A stretch of 41,604 bases of DNA, taken from the NCBI GenBank assembly GCA_031409275.1, contig JANNXA010000029.1, positions 1 to 41,604 of the forward strand. Reading direction: 5' to 3'. Below are positions 37,003-41,604 of the stretch, piece after piece. The translations under genes were made by a program, and so were the position numbers. This DNA comes from Planctomycetota bacterium. Its GTDB lineage: Bacteria; Planctomycetota; B15-G4; SIAN01. The notes under the pieces were generated by a model. It saw nothing but the letters and a program-made list of their open reading frames with translations, was not told the origin of the DNA and made no database searches. The stretch's first letter is position 1; each line of letters opens with the position of its first letter.

Positions 37003-38424
37003 ATGACGATCGAGCGGGTGCTGGTCCTGGAACGAGAAGGAACGCCAGGGGAATCGTTGGAGCAGTTGTTGGTCCAGGAGGGCTACCAGGTCCTCCGAGC
37101 ACGTGACGTGGCGCAAGCGGCGCGGCTCCTGCGAGCCGGGCCGGTGCATTGCTGCATCTTCGAGATCCACCCGACGCTGGTGGACATTCGTGACCTGATC
37201 GACAAGGCGCGGACGCTGCTGCCGAAGGTGCCGCGCATCCTCTATCTGGCGCCGCGCGACCTCGAGCGCATGCAGTCCTTCGTCGACTTCGGCGATGAAC
37301 TGCTGCTCAAGCCGGTCGCGAAGGGCCACCTGGCGGCGACGCTCCAGCGTTACCGCGAGGCGGCACGCCAGAAGGCCGAGGTCGACCACATCCGTCACCA
37401 GATGTACGGAAGCGAGTCGGCCGAGGCGATCCTGAACGAGCCGCGCGGCATGCGTGAGGTGATCGAGCGTGCGACGAAGGTCGCCACCGAGCGCGGCACG
37501 GTGATGGTCCAGGGCCCGCGCGGCAGCGGCAAGGCGTTGGTCGCACGCCTGATCCACGAGAAGGGACCAAGCAAGGCTGGTCCGTTCCTGACGATGAAGT
37601 GCGCGCACACGCAGGGATCGCTGCAGGAGAGCGAGCTGTTCGGCCACGAGCCGGGCGCTTTCCCGGGCGCCAACGAGACCGTCGCCGGCTCCATCGAGCT
37701 GGCGCAGGGCGGCACGCTGGTGCTCGAAGAGGTGTGGGCGCTGTCCATGGACGTGCAGCATCGGCTGTACCGGTTCCTGCAGGGTGGCCAGATGCGCCGC
37801 ATGGGCGGGCAGCGGTCGTTCACCTGCCCGGTGCGGATCGTCGCGACGTCGAGCCGCAACCTGCAATCGGAAGTGCAGGCCGGACGCCTGGCGCCCGATC
37901 TCCTCCGTCGCATCGCGACGCATGTGGTGACGGTGCCGGGCCTGGTCGATCGCAAGTTCGACCTGACCATCCTCGCGCGGCGTTTCCTGCGCGAAGCGGC
38001 GGCGTACGGCAGCACCTCGGTGCGGTCGATCGCTCCCGAGGCGATCTCGGCGTTGGCGGCGCACGACTGGCCGGGCAACGTCGAAGAGCTGCGCCAGGTG
38101 ATGGAGCGCATGGTCCTGGTCGATCCGGCGGAGACGTTGCAGCCGGAGCACGTGACCATCATCAACCCGGGCCAGCGCGAGCGAGCGCTGGAACAGGCGG
38201 TCGGCATGACGGTCGCCGACATGGAACGCGAGATGATCCTGAGGACGCTCGAGAAGACGAAGGGCAACCGGACGTCGGCGAGCAAGCTGCTGGGCCTGAC
38301 GACGCGCACGCTCAGCAACAAGATCCGCATCTACCGTGCGCAGGGTTTCGGAATCATCGGCGGACGCAAGAAAAAGGCACCGTCGACGCAGTCGCAAGGC
38401 AGCACGCTCGTGCCGAGCACCTGA
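37003..38424 (+). CDS. NtrC-like protein (REC-AAA+-Fis HTH) with degenerate motifs (473 aa)
   Basis: GGGAGG RBS; GPRGSGKALVARLIH, ESELFGHEPGAFPGA, WPGNV, GNRTSASKLLGLTTRTLSNKI. Confidence 0.88.
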   Translation: MTIERVLVLEREGTPGESLEQLLVQEGYQVLRARDVAQAARLLRAGPVHCCIFEIHPTLVDIRDLIDKARTLLPKVPRILYLAPRDLERMQSFVDFGDELLLKPVAKGHLAATLQRYREAARQKAEVDHIRHQMYGSESAEAILNEPRGMREVIERATKVATERGTVMVQGPRGSGKALVARLIHEKGPSKAGPFLTMKCAHTQGSLQESELFGHEPGAFPGANETVAGSIELAQGGTLVLEEVWALSMDVQHRLYRFLQGGQMRRMGGQRSFTCPVRIVATSSRNLQSEVQAGRLAPDLLRRIATHVVTVPGLVDRKFDLTILARRFLREAAAYGSTSVRSIAPEAISALAAHDWPGNVEELRQVMERMVLVDPAETLQPEHVTIINPGQRERALEQAVGMTVADMEREMILRTLEKTKGNRTSASKLLGLTTRTLSNKIRIYRAQGFGIIGGRKKKAPSTQSQGSTLVPST

Positions 38425-38454
38425 ACGATTCCGGGTTCACGAATCAGACTTCTG

Positions 38455-38490
38455 GAGGCGGGGCCGAGCGATCGGCCCCGCCTCTTTCTT
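38455..38490 (+). terminator. Intrinsic terminator
   Basis: 13-bp stem GAGGCGGGGCCGA-GCGA-TCGGCCCCGCCTC followed by TTTCTT. Confidence 0.8.
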
Positions 38491-38501
38491 CACCGACACG
38501 G

Positions 38502-39965
38502 TCACTCGCGGCCGACGCGCCGTGCCGGCGATTTGCCGTCGCCAACCACCAGCAGATCGACGTTGGACACGCGCGAATCGCGGCGGTCGTCACGAGTCGT
38601 GATGATCGCTTGCAGTGCCACCACCTGTCCCACCAGGTCGCTCGCCTCCGGCAACGGCCGCTCGATCAGCAGCTGTCCATCGCTGCCGATCACCCCAACC
38701 TCGTTGCCGTCGAGCGCCTGGCCGGTCGCGAGGTGAAACCGGAAGCCCTCGGTGTGCTTCAGTCGGATGGGCGCTGGCGCGATGCCGACGAACAGGCGAA
38801 CGTGCTCGCCCGGCGTCCCGAAGACGCGAAGCCTCACCAGCCCACCGACGGTGGCCGCGGACTCGAGCGCCAGCGTCGGCCAGCGCCGCCCGCTTTCAGC
38901 CAGCGGTGGCGTCGCCTCGATCGCGCTGGCATCTCGCCCCGCTCGCGAAGCGGTCCCGGCTCCCGCTTCGCCACCGACGCACTGCACCAACGACGGGCGC
39001 GTCATCACCGATCCCGCATCCAAGGCGACCTGCAGACCGTTCGCTCCCGATCCCGCGAATGACCAGCACTCCTCGAAGGGATTGCGGGTGGCGTGACCGC
39101 CGTCGCCGCCGACGAATCGCTGGGCTCCATCGCCCGCCGCGCGCAGCTGGCTGCGCCCCATGATCGTGACGCCGGCGCCACCGCTGCCGGCATAGGCGGC
39201 TTCCGGGCAGAACGGCGCGAGCTCATTCCACAGCGCCTCGCCACCACGTCCGCCGACGAAGTCGCACAGCGCGAGTTCGACGTCGCAGTGCTGCGCGTTC
39301 AGCCCCGCTCCTCCGCGCTGCGCGCGGCCGCCTGGACTCGTGGCGGAGGCGCCGTTGCCTCCGACGGCGACCACCTGCGTCAGTGAATAGGAGCCGGAGG
39401 AAAGCGCGATCCCGGCGCCGACGCTGGCGCGGTTCGCCATCGCGCGAATCGGAGGGACCACCGCGATCCGAGCCAGGTAGGCGCGGGCACACTGGTCAAG
39501 ACGCGGCCCCGTCGCGCCATCACGGCCGTCCACCACGAGATCGGTCACGATCAGCAGTCCGCCGATGCGCCCGAGCTCCAGCGACGTGCCGCGGCCGATG
39601 CCGCTGAAGCCGGAGAGCACCAGTCGCTGGTCGGCCGCGAGCCCGCTCACGGCGAGGAAGGGGCCTTCGCCCTCCCGCCGCTCGATGAACGTCGAGCCCG
39701 ACCCGGCGCCGACGATCGAAAGCCCTTTGCCAGTGAACGTCACCGCGCCATAGCGGCCGGGACGCAGCACGAGGGTGTCGCCATCGTGCGCGCTCGCGAC
39801 CGCGGCGGGGAGGTCCGTGAAGTTGGCCGGCCCATCGTCGTCGACGACCCACACATCGCCGGCACTCGCCGGCATCGCGAGAAGCGCGACTGCCGCCACG
39901 GCGCGGCCGAAGAGGTGCCTGCGAAGCGGAGCCGCGCGATCAGAGTCGATTCGAAGGCAGAACAT
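38502..39965 (-). CDS. Secreted Gly-rich protein, probable right-handed beta-helix
   Basis: Signal peptide ending ASA, then DVWVVDDDGPANFTDLPAAVASAHDGDTLVLRPGRY and GG-x-GG repeats; start position uncertain. Confidence 0.7.
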   Translation of the reverse strand: MFCLRIDSDRAAPLRRHLFGRAVAAVALLAMPASAGDVWVVDDDGPANFTDLPAAVASAHDGDTLVLRPGRYGAVTFTGKGLSIVGAGSGSTFIERREGEGPFLAVSGLAADQRLVLSGFSGIGRGTSLELGRIGGLLIVTDLVVDGRDGATGPRLDQCARAYLARIAVVPPIRAMANRASVGAGIALSSGSYSLTQVVAVGGNGASATSPGGRAQRGGAGLNAQHCDVELALCDFVGGRGGEALWNELAPFCPEAAYAGSGGAGVTIMGRSQLRAAGDGAQRFVGGDGGHATRNPFEECWSFAGSGANGLQVALDAGSVMTRPSLVQCVGGEAGAGTASRAGRDASAIEATPPLAESGRRWPTLALESAATVGGLVRLRVFGTPGEHVRLFVGIAPAPIRLKHTEGFRFHLATGQALDGNEVGVIGSDGQLLIERPLPEASDLVGQVVALQAIITTRDDRRDSRVSNVDLLVVGDGKSPARRVGRE

Positions 39966-40088
39966 CGGAGACACATCTCGCCCTTCTCGTCGCACCCGCT
40001 CCCCGTCGCCGCGCCAACCCGACGATCGCTCAAGCGACCGTCCGCCGCAATGGGTGCGCGGCGTGGAACCGGCGGAAGCAATTGCCGT

Positions 40089-41510
40089 TCAGCCGGAGAA
40101 CAGTCCCGCGCCCACCAGTCGCTGGATCGCGCGACGGTACGCGGCGAGCGTCGCCGCGAGGTCCGCATCGTCATGCGCCATCGAGGCGGCGCCGAGCCCG
40201 TTGTGGGCGCTCACCCCCTCGAGCAGGAGGACGGCGCGCAGCAGGTCGTCGTCGACCATTGGATGGGCCGCACCGCGCCCCACCATCTGTTCGGGCCGTT
40301 GCGGCCGACCACCGGCCGCGCTGCCGAAACGGACGAACGCGAGCGAACTGCCCCCGACCACCTCGTTGGGCCAGCCGCTGATCCACGCGGGAACGCGCAA
40401 TTCGCGAGCGATCTGCTCGAGCCCCTCGCGCAAGCGCGCGCCACGCTGCGCCAGTCCCGAATAGACCTCGGACTCGTGGTCGATGAGGTGGCGCACCATG
40501 GTGACGCCTGCCACCATCGAGAGTTCGTGCGCCGAGTAGGTTCCCCCCTCGAACTTGACGCGACGCTGCGCTCGCGTGCACAGATCGAGCAGCGCGCGCC
40601 GCCCGGCCACCGCCGCGACCGGCATGCCGCCGCCGATCACCTTGCCGAGGATCAACAGGTCCGGGGCCACGCCGTAGCACGCGCTGACATCGCCGGCGCG
40701 GAAGCGGAATCCGGCGATGATCTCGTCGCAAAGAAGCAGTGCGCCATGCCGCTCGGTCAGGCGGCGTGCGGCGCGCAGGAACTCGGGCGTCGCCGCGATG
40801 CCGCCGCCCGCGCCGAGCCACGGCTCGATCAAGAGGCAGGCGAACTCGGAGCCATCGCGCGCGAACGCCCGCTCGAGCGATTCGACGTCGTTGTAGCCCA
40901 CCAACTCGATGTCGGCGCCGGTCGAACCTGGAAGCCCTTCCGACTCGAGGTGGTCGAACGAGCCTGCGCGCGCGCCCACTCCCTTCAGCCCGAACGGCTG
41001 GCTGCCGTGCCACCCGCCCGCTGCCTTCAAGATCCGCTGCCGCCCGGTCGCCGCGCGCGCGACGAGCACGGCGTAAAACGTGCCGAGCGCGCCGCTCGTG
41101 GTGAAACGGAGCGTCTCGGTCCCGGTGCGCCGCGTCAGCAGCTCCGCCAGTTCGTGCTCGACGTCGTGGACCATCCCCGACTGCAGGCCGCGACCGTCCG
41201 CCAACGTCGCGGTCAACGCGTCGCGGACGAGCGCCGGATTGTGGCCGAGCACGTTGGCGTAGTGCCCCTGCCAATAGTCGAGCAGGCGCGCACCGCCGAG
41301 TTCGACGAGCGCGGCGCCGTTCGTGCGCGCCGCCGTGACCATGAACGGCCAGTTCCAGCGCACCGCGTGGCTGGTCTGGTCGAGCAGCGCCTCGCCGCGG
41401 CGCTCGCAGCGCGCTGCCGAAAGCGGGTAGCGCGCCGCGAGTTCCGCGGCCACGTCACGCCGAAATGCGGCGAGCGCGTGCGGCGCCGCAGTGGTGATCT
41501 CTTGCGACAT
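40089..41510 (-). CDS. Class III PLP aminotransferase (glutamate-1-semialdehyde aminomutase-like)
   Basis: LDY...LGH, RFTTSG, LIEP, CDEIIAGFR, LGKVIGGGMPVAAV (PLP Lys), GGTYS. Confidence 0.85.
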   Translation of the reverse strand: MSQEITTAAPHALAAFRRDVAAELAARYPLSAARCERRGEALLDQTSHAVRWNWPFMVTAARTNGAALVELGGARLLDYWQGHYANVLGHNPALVRDALTATLADGRGLQSGMVHDVEHELAELLTRRTGTETLRFTTSGALGTFYAVLVARAATGRQRILKAAGGWHGSQPFGLKGVGARAGSFDHLESEGLPGSTGADIELVGYNDVESLERAFARDGSEFACLLIEPWLGAGGGIAATPEFLRAARRLTERHGALLLCDEIIAGFRFRAGDVSACYGVAPDLLILGKVIGGGMPVAAVAGRRALLDLCTRAQRRVKFEGGTYSAHELSMVAGVTMVRHLIDHESEVYSGLAQRGARLREGLEQIARELRVPAWISGWPNEVVGGSSLAFVRFGSAAGGRPQRPEQMVGRGAAHPMVDDDLLRAVLLLEGVSAHNGLGAASMAHDDADLAATLAAYRRAIQRLVGAGLFSG

Positions 41511-41604
41511 GCGCGGGAGTGTAGCGCCGCGGCGTGCCGTCGGTCTGGTCCGGCACGCCGCGACCGTGGCCGCGCGATCGCGCGCTCAGGCGGTGCTGCT
41601 CGCT

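Noticed and set aside
35659..38424. Apparent 912-aa and 892-aa ORFs suggesting giant overlapping genes
   Set aside because: The real genes are divergent rnd (start 36840) and the NtrC-like gene (start 37003); the extensions are each other's antisense frames.
1..41604. CRISPR array, rRNA, transposase or selenoprotein (UGA read-through) genes
   Set aside because: No regularly spaced repeats, rRNA-like sequence, transposase motifs or convincing in-frame UGA with SECIS seen by eye.

Overview
High-GC bacterial chromosome segment. Planctomycetota is inferred from the protein families and gene order and was not verified. Positions 1-5390 hold the right part of an integrative element: ParB-like protein, VirD4/TraD-like coupling ATPase, small membrane proteins, a putative directionality factor and a large serine recombinase. 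It abuts the 3' end of a tRNA-Pro(CGG) gene, and the recombinase stop codon lies inside that tRNA. A long minus-strand run follows (in transcription order): two PilB/GspE ATPases with pilT between them, pilC, a sensor kinase, an HTH-membrane protein, an OmpA/MotB lipoprotein, an FGE-domain protein, rsmA, dnaG, rpoD, a C4 zinc-ribbon protein and selB. The rest holds ppdK with a histone-H1-like tail, a GT4/PhyH pair, glmS preceded by a clear glmS ribozyme, RNase D, a degenerate sigma54-type activator, a secreted protein and a class III aminotransferase. Non-coding and unusual signals: two copies of a 150-163 bp palindromic MITE/RPE-like element, an attC-like hairpin relic, a probable ATC start codon and several apparently leaderless genes.
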